The notes beneath the pieces were generated by a model, which was not told the origin of the DNA, ran no database searches, and was given only the letters and a program-made list of their open reading frames with translations. Of a stretch of DNA of 64,000 nucleotides, positions 27,449-41,755 are shown piece after piece. The position numbers and the translations under genes are program-made. The stretch is from Antedon mediterranea. Lineage: Eukaryota; Animalia; Echinodermata. The stretch is taken from assembly GCF_964355755.1 (NCBI RefSeq), contig NC_092678.1, positions 21,097,365 through 21,161,364 on the forward strand, written 5' to 3'. Numbering within the stretch: position 1 is the first letter of the stretch; each line of letters starts with the position of its first letter.

Positions 27449-29437
27449 AAAAGTTAATAGAGAAGAAAATGGTGAATCATAAACGTGTTACTACTTGTTT
27501 AGTTTATTGCGTGTGTTGTACTTTTTAGATTCAAATAATGAAAGTTTTACAGGATTTAATTACAAACCTTTGATAGATTTATTATCGTTACCGGAAGGAA
27601 CAAGTTTATGGATGATAAAGACTAGAGAATAGTAGAGTAGAAGGTGATGCTCAAATTACAACCACTTAAGTGACTACCATACTAAACATGGTTACATCAT
27701 GGTCATACTGCTTGGGCTAGACGAAAATGTCTGGTTTTTCCGAAAATTATAGTTTTCAGAAGAATTATCAAAAGTTTTGGACCTTGTAGTGTAAACATTT
27801 TCAGTTTTTAGAGTGTAATGGTCGCCATGAAATGACTATAGTATAAAGCTCTGTCTACACTATGAAACTATGAAAAAAAGATTGTAAACAGTTGAGAGAC
27901 ACCCCTATTAAGAGGACACTATTTTGGGGTTCAGAAGGTGTCACCTAATAAAGGATTCAACTATATTATGTTGTATTTCAATGCGATTTTAGTTTGAGGA
28001 GGTTGTTTTTTTTCAATTATGTAATAGCTTTCTTTAATTGTTTTTTGATTTAAGATTGCAGATCGATCTTTATAAATTGATAGTTTTAATTTCTTAGTTC
28101 TTATAAGGAGGTTTTTAGTTTACAAAAGTCTCTAATGAAAAATTTATTCGAGAGAAAAACAACATCTATTTTTCAATCTATGAAGCTTTTATAGCACTAA
28201 TATTATCAAGCAACCATAAATGTATAATCATGATTATTTAATAACTGATGCGTGTAAAATTGATTTTATGTTTTAACATCTCATACTAGGTCATGTGACG
28301 TTGATCATGTGGTAGGTAATTAGCATATATGCTAATGAGCAACACTTAAGCAATCATTCGACTCAATCTTAATATCGTGAACGACGAGTGTACGTTGATC
28401 ATGTGTAGGCTTTGTAACGATGATTATGTAAATTACTGATTATATTTCTATATCTCTCCATTCTTGTTTAATGATAGCTGTAGGCGTCTGTACACAATAG
28501 TACAATGCAGCTGCAGCTCAGATAACGCAGTTATCAACTTTAATTTTCCTTTTCTTTTGTTTCTTTATTTTTAATTATTTTGTTGATCAATTTTACAAGA
28601 TTCTGTTTTTAAACAAATATTTCTTAATTTAATTTTATAGAAATTACTTTCAATTCATTAGATTACAACATTTTTTTATAAGTAATTTTTTTTCTTTATA
28701 ATATTCATACTGTACACAGTATTATTATGATTGTAGATGCAGAATCAGATTATTAAAATTTATTGTCATTTTTATTTTTTATTTGTATAGCTTCACTCAT
28801 CATAGAAAATTAATTTTATTACTTTTTGTATACAAAATACACAAATATTTAAACATTTATAATTTTTATTAATGGCTGTTTTGGTCAATTTATAGTAGCA
28901 ATTTAAGCATTAATTTGATATTTTATTTATGATATTTTTCATTTATCAGATGGTGAATGTTGCATGACGATTTTAGTTAAATTTTTAACGTCATCCCTCT
29001 AATGACATTTGAATATTAAGGCAGTTAGTCATTTATAATTTATTTCTATAATTTTAGTCTGTCTCCTCAACATTTCAAATTACTTATTTAAGTTTTCATC
29101 TGTTAGAGGAAATGCAATTTAGCTGTTTAATTAAGTTTCAATACAGAAGTTGTGTGTTTCACTAGATCGCTATCGCTGTTCAAATAAGTTTTTCTGAAAA
29201 CGAACCGGTATCAGTTGCCCGCAGGGCGGATCCTGGCATTCTTTAAACATATTAATAAATAAATAGTTCATAATTTAACTGTGAAAACAGAGAGCGACCA
29301 ACTCGGCGCTATTTCCCCTGGTTCCTCATCCTGTGACCTGTACGATCTCAAATTTACATTTGGAACTAGCCAAAGCTTGTGTACAGTAGTTTTGGAATAA
29401 GTCGAATAGTATTAGTACTGTACTATAGTTTGCTTAC

Positions 29438-29608
29438 CTTTTGCGTGGGTATGGAGATTTTCTACTCCATTTTCTAGGCCTAGGCATTGGATCGGAGACA
29501 GGGTCCTCCTGTGTACCGTTGGTTTCTATGGATGCCTCCTCTCCTTCTGCTTGCCCATTTCTTGGCACTTCATTTCCCGTACCATAAAAGTCCGTTAATT
29601 CAGTGTCT
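29438..29608 (-). CDS. nested gene coding exon 2: acidic linker plus basic NLS-like patch (GDTELTDFYG...PMPRPRKWSRKSPYPRK)
   Basis: GC-richer island. Minus-strand ttacag acceptor and AAG|GTAAGC donor, 171 nt, phase 2 to 2, no stops. Confidence 0.82.
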
Positions 29609-30069
29609 CTGTAATGAATTAATTAAATTATTGTGTGGTCTAGTTTGTGCCTATTTGTAGTAGGTCTATTAACAGGTTTTTATTCATTCTTCTTCTCACC
29701 AATTTGTTAAGCTGTGTTTACACAGGAATTGGGGGAAACATGATTTATAAGTCCCCATTCACTCACAGCAAGCTTAAGTACAAAAAAATTATAAATTTTA
29801 CTGTGTGATGATGTTGAACATAGGGAGGATTTCCCCTCAATATAGGGGTGTCCAAAAAGGAGGTTCTAACAGGGAATAATTTCACCAGTGTAGCATAGCA
29901 AAAAGCTATACAAAACAACCTTATTTTCACACATTTCTAAAATTGTGTAGCAAAAAAGACAATCCAAAACTATGTTTCTCGACTAAAAAATCAGTTTGAT
30001 TAGCAATAATTGCTAAACAAAATTTTAAAATGAAATTTTTCCCTGTCTAATGTATTGCAAAATGTCTAA

Positions 30070-30232
30070 AGCTCTGTCTACACTATCAAATTTTACTGTA
30101 GTGACAACAAATTGTGATGTGCCCATTTATGGACATGATGATGTCATATCACTACCATATTTGGGTATATCACTACCATATTTGGGCACATCACACTTTT
30201 TTTCTCAAAATAGTTTGATAGTGGACAGAGCT
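30070..30232. mobile_element. about 160-bp MITE, AGCTCTGTCTACACTATCAAAC family, PIF/Harbinger-like (representative copy)
   Basis: TIRs AGCTCTGTCTACACTATCAAA with internal CACTACCATATTTGGG repeats and TAA/TTA flanks. Other full or partial copies at about 4692, 7027, 20888, 24312, 24679, 27847, 38684, 53920, 55410 and 58965. Confidence 0.85.
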
Positions 30233-32148
30233 TTAAAATGTTAACTTGCAAGGTGAAGCTTCTAGGTGTCAACACACTTTTCTGATAAACAACCGTGAGA
30301 ATATTTTAACCACATTAAAATTACAGGCATCTGGTAATGTGTATCTACAAATGTTTGTAAAATGATAATGTGAAAACATAGTAATCATCTTTATTTGTAG
30401 TAGGTCTGTAAACAGGTTTTCATTCATTCTTCTTCTCACCAATTAGTTAAGCTGTGTTCACACAGGAATTGTTGGAAACATGATTTAAAGTCCCTGTTCA
30501 CACTCAGAAAGCATAAAACCTTGACTACAGTATATCCAGAGGTGGTCTAATAAAAAATTGTTTAGTTTTACGTCCAGATTTAAATTTTAAAAAGACATTT
30601 TTTTTATTAAAAAAATAGTGACTTAATCATTATTCATGTTAATAATATCAATTATTTTTACTAATGATATTGACTGCAATTATTTTACAAACTATGATTT
30701 TATTTGAAAAATTAAAATAAGCAAAGAGTAAAAAAAAATTATAAGGCTTCAAAATTCTGATGAGGGACAGGAATTGTTTAATTTTTTTTTGCCTAAACCA
30801 TTTGAACAAACAAATTAATTTCAACGTCACTTTTTTGATATCAATAAAATCAACAAAAATGTACAGTAGGTCTTCAAAATTGTGTGATGATGTTGTTTGG
30901 TGGTAAAAAAACAAATTAATCTCAACGTCACTTTTTTCTTGTTTATCAATAAAATCACCAAAATCTTCAAAATTAAATTTAATTCTACGTGAGTTGTTTT
31001 TCCTATTCATCATACATTGTCTAGAGACTGGCTGTTTATGATCAGCTTTGAAATCCGTAAAAATGTTATCAATATTTTCTACCTGTCCGTCTATAATTAT
31101 TTCCTTTCGAGAGTGAGGTAACCGGCTCACGTTTACATACTGTACTCGTTAAGTTATTAAGACCTGACTGTGTGGAACCATATCAAGATATATGCATTCC
31201 TTTAATCAAATTTACTACCATTGTAATAAAAAGGATATGACTAATATTTAGAAATGAAATTGATTTTCATATTATTAAATAGCTGATTATTTTGATATGA
31301 TTGTGATGGTTTTGGTACTTTTTTAAGTGATCACGTCAAAGTTATTTTACCACAGTTTTTGAGGTAACTACAGTTTTTTTCTGCGTCACCTCCCTCCCCT
31401 GATTTTCGAGTCGCCTCTGATTTTATTTTTATTTTTTAAAATGACAAAGAAACAACTAAAAAATCGTAACATTCAATTATCGCCAGCGCACAAAAAAACA
31501 TTTTAACGCATTAAATTAAATAGTTTAAAATGTATTGTAGTGACTTTTCATGTTTTAAAGAGTTGTTGTCAGTTTATTTCAGGATAGTAGCATGAAAACA
31601 ATGTCAATATACTATAAAAAATGTAGTATATTACATTTAGAAAGAAAAAAGCAAGCCTCCCTCCCCTAAAATGTATTCATTTATTAGGTTGATGCTTAAC
31701 AAGTATACTTTGTTTTTCTGGCCTTACATTGTTTTCAGTTCGAATTCGTGTTGTTTGGATTTGTGTTATTATATCATAATGATTGACAGAGAATCCTTTA
31801 ATAATGTGATTGTAAAAACAAATTCATATCACAAATGTTATTGATAAAAAAACAGTTGATTTATGATTATGCTAGATCTTAATGATATTTCCGTTGCTGA
31901 TAACATTAAAAGCGACCACTATCAGTCAACAATGACATATGTGTGGAGAAGAAAGAAACATTGTCTACAAACAATAGAGGCTTTATTGTTACAAAATACC
32001 AAGTGACTAGCTTTCTAACTAAATTAAAAAGTATAGTAATGCTTGTTCTTTATTAGATTTTCATATAGTTTTACTTTTATTTGACATCGAAGGTGTAAAT
32101 AAAATATTAAAATAAAATAATTTTTTGTTTAAATAAAAAGTTTATTAA

Positions 32149-32420
32149 AGATGTATTGTCCCCCTGAAAAAATAATTCTTTTTGAAATTTTGTTGAATAT
32201 TCCATTTTAATGTAACATAATAGTTATCCACTTTGACCACAAATTTGATCGGGAAAAAAAATGTATTTACCTGAAAAAATGTAATTTAAAGCAAAAAATG
32301 GTCAAATTGACTGCCAGACAATGGATTTTTGGTTGAATTGAACCATTTTTTTTCTATAACATATTCAAAGTCTGATTTTATTAATCTTAATTTTTCATGT
32401 TTTTGGGGGACAATACATCT
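32149..32420. mobile_element. Kolobok-like MITE
   Basis: 16-bp TIR AGATGTATTGTCCCCC and TTAA on both sides. Confidence 0.8.
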
Positions 32421-32764
32421 TTAATGGTTTAAGCAAGAAGTTGAAATGCATTAATAATTTCATCATAAAGGAAATCATTTGATCATTTTCTTCATCATTT
32501 ATACAATAACCATTATTTTATCATGATGTAATTTTCATCATAAAGAAAATCACTTGATAATTTTTTTCATTATTACAATAAGAATTATTATGCCAAAATT
32601 AACATATTAAATATCATTACCATCCATCATTATTTCATCAAGAAATTTATCATTATTTTCATCATCATTTCATAATTTGCATAATTTAAGCTTTTCATAC
32701 TGTAATATCATTTTCATCATTACCATTGTACTGATGATACTTTCATCAAGAAATTCATCATTTC

Positions 32765-32945
32765 ATCAACATAATTTTATCGTCATTATCATAATTATCA
32801 TCATCATCATTTTATCATCATCATGTTATCATCATCATTTTATCATCATCATGTTATCATCATCATTTTATCATCATCATGTTATCAACATCATTTTATC
32901 ATCATCATGTTATCATCATCATTTTATCATCATCATGTTATCATT
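32765..32945. repeat. imperfect (ATC)n microsatellite
   Basis: CATCATCATGTTAT / CATCATCATTTTAT units. Confidence 0.85.
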
Positions 32946-35197
32946 ACAAAACATATCATGTCTGAATACAGCATTTAAATTAGCATGAAATTACCATAAT
33001 GAACATTTAATGAACATCACTGTCATTATCATCATCTTTTACAGTTACTCATTATCTCCATGGAAACCATCTTCATCAAAGACTTCACTAAATCTCATAT
33101 CAAATGTTTTATTTAATAATTTTAACATTTACATTTTCGATTTTGCTAGTCAGGACTACAGGGTTAAAAAGATTCCACAGATGTGTCTAGCAGCAGGCCT
33201 TTTTTATAGTGAGACTGTTAACACAAATGGTTTCAATTAAATCATGTTGATGTTTTTTAGATTGAATAAAGGTTAAAGTTTATGTGATTTTATTTTTATT
33301 AAATGTGAATTCATATTATTGAAGCAGACAAAAACATTATAGTAAAAAATGAAATTTAAAAATGTTTTAAACTAAGTCCTTAACTCATATGATGTTTACT
33401 TTTATTCATAAAGAATCAGACAAATTTGGTTAATTTAAACTTTATAAAAAATTTTCTTATGTCATGAAAAAGAAATAGTAGAAAGGAGTAGCAATGGTTA
33501 TTAAATGGTAGTATTAATATATATCCAACTAACTCATCAACCAGCATTTAATTTTAACAATGATATTTTTTCTTTGGTACGTTTAACAACCGTTGTTGAA
33601 ATCATTCATATTTTACAATCGTTTTTATCATCACAGGAATAGTTATGTTAATGAGGGTAGCGTATACTGAGGCTTAAGCTAACAGTTTGTCCGAATGAAT
33701 GCGGAAAATCAATAATTGCAACAACTACAGTGCGTACATATCCCGCCGCATTCCTACGGGAATTTGTAGAATTTAATTTCTAGTCAACATGAGTGATATT
33801 CACTCTTAACGCTTAGTATATTAACAAATGCTGGATGTTTAAATGTATGATGAGTGAGATGGGTTGTAAATATTGTTTTGTTTTTGTGTATGGTTTTGCG
33901 AGGACAATGGGAGAGCTGTTCCGTGTTAATTTAGCTCGTTACTATTGATTGCTTAATTGATTATACTGGAAAAAAAATGTGTGTATATAGCTATTGGCTT
34001 TAATGATCTAGAATCTATATTCAATTATATCCCATCTCTTGCAATTGAAGATTCTTTGCAATTGTTTTACATTTTCTGTTTTGTTTTGAAATACTTCCTT
34101 AATTTTTTATATATTTTTAATTATTCTAATTTAATTATTAAACTATAAAACTTTTGAAAATATTTTATTTATAATTCACACACAACAGTGAGCCAAGCCA
34201 ACCACTTTAGAAAGAAATTCACAACAAACAACTATTTCTTCACTAGAAATATTTCTCAAAATGTCGTTTAAAAATAATTACATAACATTAAAAACTACTT
34301 TAACTAAACCAATGTGTCATTTCAAAAGTGCCATGAATTTGAAAATTCCTATACCTATACTGTAGTTCTAAAAAAGCTTATATTTTAAAAGTACTGTGTG
34401 ACCCTGTGGTAGTACTACAATACCAGACCAGTGCAATATTTTCTTATTCCTGTACATAATATATATATCCAAACTACTGTAGTCATTACATTACATAAAG
34501 TATGTATTGTCTATATTTCAGTGAAAATATAATTTCTGGTATTTCTAAGAAAAAATTTTAAAATTTTTGAAATTCATTATTTATTATTCATCTTTTAACA
34601 CAAAGAAAATTACAAAGCAAATCACTCAAGTAATTTAGAAAAAAAAATGTTAATTTTGTGTTTCCTGAAAATTAACTATAATCAGTTACATTTGTTTGTA
34701 CAGTTAATCAAACATTTTTATTGCCTTAATTTTCATAAGCATAATTACATTGTTGTTGCAAACAGGAGGAAGATCACATAATCAGGCCTATAAACCAACA
34801 GTTGTATAACAGTCTAATTTATTGCAAGGCTACAATTTTGTGTTTTTATCCACCAGCTACAGTAGTAATAAAATATCTAACCAACCCAACTATAAATAAA
34901 CTAACAATTTAGTGCAAGGCTAGATAATATGTTTTTATACACCGCTTTAATAGTTATAAAATAAAAAAATATCAAAATGAGCAACACAACTAGAATAGCC
35001 ATGCATAAGTTTTTGGTATTTTTTAAAATCTTTTATTTATTTGTTGACCATAAACCAATATGCAGTGAGGTCCAGGAAACAAAACATGCATTTGATAGTT
35101 TTGAAATGTTCAACATCAACAAGGAACATTCTACTAGGAAATAACCTGTTAGCTAGGGTGAATTTCGAACCATTTATTATGGCAATTGTATACCTAC

Positions 35198-35727
35198 CCT
35201 GTGTTTTGCTGTTGTTGGTATGCTTGTACATCCTGCTCACATCCATTCTGTGCAATAGCGTTATTATCATTTTGTTCCTCATCTTCCATTTCTCCGTATT
35301 CATCCTCCATCTCTATGGCATCTCCACCATCCCTCATATCCCAATCCGTCGGTCCTTGTGTCATAATTCCGTGCACTGTATCCCAAAAAGGCCATGATGG
35401 TGCCGGATCACCATCCAGTAAGTTCTTCCTAATCCGGAAATATATTGCTTTTATATTGTCAATCCGTGTTTTACAATTTTCCGGTCTCCTTGTGTACCCA
35501 AGCTGTGTCATCTGCTCCGCTATCTTATTCCATACGAAGAAATGCCTTCGTTTCGTTTTGAATAGATTCTGTATGCCTTCGCTTCCCCAGATTTTTATCA
35601 ACGCCAGCGATTCCTCATAGCCAAAGTTTTTACATCGTACAATACCTGTCCACGGTTTCGAAGATTCAATAGTTTCTGGCGAACTTACAGGCGTGGATTT
35701 TTCTTGAGACCAGTTGATAGTAGCCAT
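35198..35727 (-). CDS. nested gene coding exon 1: Myb/SANT-like (Myb_DNA-bind_4/trihelix-type) domain plus acidic region
   Basis: AGCATGG start context. NFGYEESLALIKIWG...WNKIAEQMTQLGYTRRPENCKTRIDNIK..Y...WPFWD matches the MSANTD/trihelix pattern. Donor GG|GTAGGT, phase 2. Confidence 0.88.
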
Positions 35728-38700
35728 GCTTTACTCTGGTGGATGTTTGTCAGACAAAGCAACTCTGTTCCCAACCCCACTTATAGTCATTAAATCTATT
35801 TGACAACCAGCTAATGACATTTGATATTTAAATCTGCTATTTAATGATCTTTATCATTAGAACATTCCATTTTGCAATGGGTAAGAAATACTTAATTAGA
35901 TTTCCATTGTAATGGGGAAGTGACCTATAAAATATGTGAGGTTATCAAAAGTTTCTTGTTATACAGCCAGCCTTTAATGATTAACATGTGCTGTTTTTTT
36001 GTTACACCCCTTCTCAGAAATGCACTAGTCACCCCCAGCTTTTAAGGTTGAAATCATTTAGTATTCACACAAGCAATTATAAGCTGGTTTTCATATGATT
36101 ACAAATTCTCTGTTAGAACACAAACAATGGTCGCCGACGACGCTTACGCTGCGAGTAATCATTCATCAACAGAAATGCATTATCCAAATTAAAGCCAGAC
36201 GGATAATAAAACAAACCGTTTCAAAGAAAATTTAAATAAATTGTCAATACTTTTAGTCTAAAAAATAAATAACTGGAACTAGGAATAGGTTTTTAATTAA
36301 AAATTTTAACACAGTTGTTTTTTGTTTTAGGATTACATTCCAAAGCGTTGTTTGTTTAGTAACAGTGTGTTTTTTGTCTCCCCACAAATTAAGATATGGT
36401 TGAGTCCGTTTGTAATCTCTCTTACAGACACAGCTGTGATCTATTTATGCAATTCATCCAGCACTCTTAATGGTCATAAACCTGGCATGTTCCACTTTAC
36501 TAATAGGGGTGTCATTAACTTCACAGGAAGTGAGTCAAGTTGGGAAAGCAAAAAAAAAAGCATGTGAATTTTTCTAGCGTGAATCGCAACACCGATTAAT
36601 TTGTTGAACAAGTTGTTTGATAGCTACCTTGTGGGTTGAAAGCAAGCTAACAGGAAGTTGTTGTTAAATGTTTTAAATGAGAGTGATCATTGAGATAATA
36701 GGTTGAGGATTAACACTGTTTGTCCCTCCCTGTTGGATGATTCAGCCCTCTTCATCGACTTCTTTGATGACTTCAGGTCTTCAACTGATGATATCTTTAA
36801 GAATAATCTTTATCATGAGGAATTTATCCTTTCTGACCTTCGTATGGTATGGTAATATAAATTACAAACACAGTGAAGAAAGCTAGTAAGAAGCCAAACC
36901 CCTTGTACATCACATTTTCTTTATTTTTCAGTTTTCATCATTAATAAACTTCTAAACTAGATCCTAACCAAAAAGGGAAAAAATGTTATGTTAAAAAATG
37001 TTTAGATATTTATGTTAAATATTTATTATGTACTGAACTATTATACTTGTTTTTTTTTTAAATAAATATCACGAAATGATCGGTGGTTCTGGCATAATAT
37101 AAAAGCAAGAAATTGGTGTTTTAATTGATATGGGTATTTGGAATGAGAATTGAAAAATTGATGTGATCATTATCTGTCATCTCCATCATGATTACTGTAT
37201 CATTATTATTATCACAATTATTGTTATTTATTAACAACATATTTATGAATCGACATCATTCATCATAATCACAAATATTAAAAGTTAACTTTTTCATCAC
37301 TATCTTTATCATGAAATATATCATTTTGTTATCAGTATCATACTCACCTTCATAATCTTCACAAACATTTTTATCGCTATCATCATCAGACTACATTTCA
37401 ACATCATTTATCAACTCAGTTATCATGATCAACATTATTGCCATCATATCATCCTTATTGTTAATATTATCAACATTTATATTGTTATCATAAATAATCA
37501 TCACAAAAAAATCAACTTTCTCATCAACTCCATTTATTAGAAATACAAAATTTGATTTCAATCATACACAAAACTAAAGTATATCTTGTTTAATCACAAT
37601 TTTTTCATTGTTGTTTTTTTTCTTTTTAATCTAAATCGAGCACACATCATACTTAATTATCTCAATTAATACATTCAAAAGTTGATCTGATTTACATTAA
37701 TTGTGTTGAGTAACTAGGCTTAATCACTGTAAGTTAGTCATTAGTGGATTAACCTAAAACAATATTTTTAGCCAGTTCTACAGATCGTGTCAATTTAATA
37801 GTTATGGTACAATCAGTTATTTTTAACCACATGACGTTATAAAATTATGTATTTGAGAATTTTCAATTACCTTCGTTGATGACAAATAATGTTTATATTG
37901 CCTCTCTTATATCTTCCTTTCTACTGGTGACCATAATTAGGCCATTATGAGAAATGTTTATTTATTTTTAACGTTGCATTTATATTTTAACTTTTTAATT
38001 TATTTTAAATAAAAAAATTATATATTGTTTTCCCTGAAAAAAATAATATTATTTTATTATGTTATTCTATTTATTTTCTTTCGTTGTTCATGTTTTTGGG
38101 ATATTATAACATTTTTATTTATTTTTAACATTAAATTTATGTTTTAAATTTAATTTATTTTTAATATAAAAATTGTATATTGTTTCCCTGAAAAAAATAA
38201 TTTGAAAATATTATTTTGTTTATTCTTTCTTATTTCCCTTTATTGTTCATGTTTTTTTTAGGAATGCCGTTAATAGAGAAAACATCTTTAGATTAGATTA
38301 AGAAAGTTAATCATTTTATCATGTGTCATTTAAAAGAGATTATCCCAATGACTAGGTTTTTTCCCATTTTTTAATTTGATTGGATAAACTTTATGATTAG
38401 TAATTTATTCAATAAAAGAAATAATTTACTTAGTGACATTTTATTGGTTTTATATAATTCTATTTAAATAGATTAGCCATGGATTAATTTCAGATTATAG
38501 TAGGATTAACTTTGGTTTATAATGAACAGATTAGGAAAAGGTATAGGACATACACCCCATTAAAAGATTTGGGTTGTATGGATATTAGAAGTGTAGCAGT
38601 TGTGAGAAAGTAAGAAAATCTGGAAAATGGGTAGGTTTACGTGGTTTACATGGTTTATAAAGTTTTAGATTTTTTGAAAGAGACATATATGGACATGATG

Positions 38701-38872
38701 ATGTCATATCACTACCATATTTGGGCATGTTACACTTTTTTGTCAAAAAGTTTGGTAATGTAAAACAGAGCTTTACATAAAATATTGTTTCCAATTCTAT
38801 AATTGGTAAGTTATGTGCTAATGAATTGTGTTGCATTTAAAAAAATTTAAATTATTTTTGTATTTTAAATAG

Positions 38873-39176
38873 GTAACCACTACGGTACCCCTAAGCCACC
38901 AGCAACACCGGACGCATCAGTTCCATCCACGCCACAGAAGCAACCAAACCCCACAGAGAACAACCCAGACCACCGGCCTGGGGCAAGGCCATCGTCCCAA
39001 GGCAAGAGACAGAGGAACAAATCCAGCATAGAAGCAACTACGTTAAACTCAAAGATGGTTGATGAAGCAGAACAAAAAAAGCAAGAAGATGTGGATAAAC
39101 GTACGACTGAACTTGGTCTGCTACCCCCGGACTGGGAGGTAGCATTTACAGACCAAGGGGATATGTACTTTATCAA
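38873..39176 (+). CDS. MAGI: MAGI exon, GK end, linker and first half of WW1 (GNHYGTPKPP...LGLLPPDWEVAFTDQGDMYFI)
   Basis: aaatag acceptor and GTAAGT donor, 304 nt open, phase 1 to 2. Has YGTPKPP and the WW motif LPxxWE..YFI. Confidence 0.95.
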
Positions 39177-39403
39177 GTAAGTAGTGTTGTTATTAAATAC
39201 AGTACTCCTATTAAGGGGAAACACCTTCGGGACCCAATAAAATGTCTTCATTTGTGAGTTGATAGTTAATTTCTTTTCTTGTTTATACTGGGTAATCTTC
39301 CAATCATGGTTACCCCAGAGTGCTCATTACAGGGCCAAGATCAGCATACCATGGAAAATCTAATCTTTTTGAAAAGTATACCAAGTTATTTATCATGCAC
39401 TAG

Positions 39404-39500
39404 TGTATGTATGTATGTATGTATGTATTTATTTATTCTGTCTTTATACTGAATGACACTTTTCAATGCTAAAGCATTGATTTCCAAAGTGGTTCTGTAG
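39404..39500 (-). mobile_element. probable CR1/L2-type LINE 3'-end fragment
   Basis: TCAATGCTAAAGCATTGA hairpin next to an AATAAA plus (TACA)n tail on the minus strand. Confidence 0.4.
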
Positions 39501-41174
39501 AGAACATTAACAATTATATAATAGAAATAATTCAGAATCAAAGGCAACTAACACAGTAATTTACATATGACAAAACAGCTTTATGAGAAACTACCAGAGA
39601 AATTAAAATTCTGTTTAAATTTTTTGAAATACTTACTTAAATGGATTAAATAATACAAATTAATTAAATTGCTAAGAATTGCTATTTTTATGAATGAAAT
39701 TTGTTTTCAAGATTAGTTTAACAAAACTAATTGGTGGTGGTTTATGGTGGCTTAATCCAAGTGTATACTTAAACTAGTTGCCTTTCTATTATATAAGATG
39801 AATAATGAATTTGCAGAATTGAATGAAACCATGACCAAATGATGTCATCAATTAATGATGTAAACTTGTAATAATTATTATAGATTTTTTTAAAGCTACT
39901 GTATATAAAAAAAAAAGCAGCTACTGTATATAAAAAAAAAAGCGGCTACATTATACAATACTAATAGATAGATGTTTAGGACAAACACACATGAACAATC
40001 ATTTTATTTAGAAGATCAGGTGTCTGCCCTCTGTTGATTTACTGTACACCAAAGGAACAGGATATTGTTTGTTTTGTGGTGCTGTAGCTTGGTATTAAAC
40101 ATGCTATCAATCATAAGGTCCAGGGTTCAATCCTTACTTTATTCCAAGGTTGTAACAACTGTTTCTACTCCACATAAGCATCAAGTGATACTTCAAGTTA
40201 AAAGCAGTTTTTCCATAACTTTGCAATTTGTTGTCTTTGCAAAATTCAATTTCTTTTTATAAAAACATCAAACCAAGATATGGATGCTATAAAGATGTTG
40301 CACAGCCATAACATTTTTATATTTGATCACATGATTGTGAACATGCATACTAAACATTTTAAAAATTAGGTTAAAGTAACGGAAAATTTCTGTATGCCAT
40401 TAAAACAAAAGACGATAAAAACATGATTGTGAAAAAAATATCTACCAGCCAATTTCTCAAACAACATAATAGATTATTGTGGTACATTAGAACTAAACTA
40501 ATAATAGATTGTTAGGATTGTTGTGGCACATTAGAACTAACGTATTAATAAAACGGTTATAGAGGGGTGTTATAAATCACACAACGAGGAAACAAATTAA
40601 ATCCGTAACACAACGAAAAGGTGGTAAGCAGAAAAGCAGATCTTTCCTACTGCTTTACATCCTGCAGGAAAAGGCTTGGCATCTGGAAAACCCTTGACTA
40701 CACTACGTTTATATGTTTCATCATACTTGTTTATGATATCTTTGTTGAAAATTCTATTCGGATATATTTTTCTTCTTTAATTTCGGTAAGTGATGTTGGA
40801 ATGCTCTTATTGGGTACATTTAGCTTTTCATTGGCCATTATGTTATTAATATATCCTCGCTAGGAACCTGAATGTAGTTATTGTATACCAACCTTTAGTG
40901 AATTTACAATACAGGTATTCCCATGTAGTCGAACCGTACCTGATGATTAAGTCATACGTTAAGTTATCGCTGCAGAACTTTTCACGAAACTCTGGATTTT
41001 TACCTTCAGCTTTGACCCTCCAGCGAAATCAATTTTTGGTTTTTAAATTTACAAATGTTCTCAATTTTCATCTAATTCTTAGACAGGACTACTAATATAA
41101 GACTATTGGATTAATCTAAAGGGAATTTGTAGGAGTATATGTACCCATAGAGATGTTATAGTTCACTATAATAT

Positions 41175-41755
41175 CTCTATGATTTACCATATACAGTACT
41201 GTATGTCTAAAGTATGGCAAGTCATATGGTGTCTCTATGATGTACCATATACAGTACATGTCTAAAGTATGGCAAGTCATATGGTGTCTCTATGATGTAC
41301 CATATACTGTACAGTACTGTATGTCTAAAGTATGGCAAGTCATATGGTGTCTCTATGATGTACCATATACAGTACTGTATGTCTAAAGTGTGGCAAGTCA
41401 TATGGTGTCTCTATGATGTACCATATACAGTACTGTATGTCTAAAGTGTGGCAAGTCATATGGTGTCTCTATGATGTACCATATACAGTACTGTATGTCT
41501 AAAGTGTGGCAAGTCATATGGTGTCTCTATGATGTACCATATACAGTACTGTATGTCTAAAGTGTGGCAAGTCATATGGTGTCTCTATGATGTACCATAT
41601 ACAGTACTGTATGTCTAAAGTATGGCAAGTCATATGGTGTCTCTATGATGTACCATATACAGTACTGTATGTCTAAAGTGTGGCAAGTCATATGGTGTCT
41701 CTATGATGTACCATATACAGTACTGTATGTCTAAAGTATGGCAAGTCATATGGTG
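41175..41755. repeat. 58-bp minisatellite, about 10 copies
   Basis: Unit CTCTATGATGTACCATATACAGTACTGTATGTCTAAAGTRTGGCAAGTCATATGGTGT, containing the 14-bp palindrome ATACAGTACTGTAT. Confidence 0.96.

Noticed and set aside
29650-30520. About 120-bp direct duplication (29650 vs 30390), and a similar one at 37965-38260
   Set aside because: Ordinary diverged local duplications with no TG...CA LTR ends, primer-binding site or coding interior.
30648-31130. 160-aa minus-strand ORF within the nested gene intron
   Set aside because: AT-rich with an internal tandem duplication, no domain motif, and not needed for frame continuity.
38880-39251. 123-aa minus-strand ORF (also 47147-47410, 35186-35620 and 26743-26982)
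   Set aside because: These are antisense shadows of real exons.
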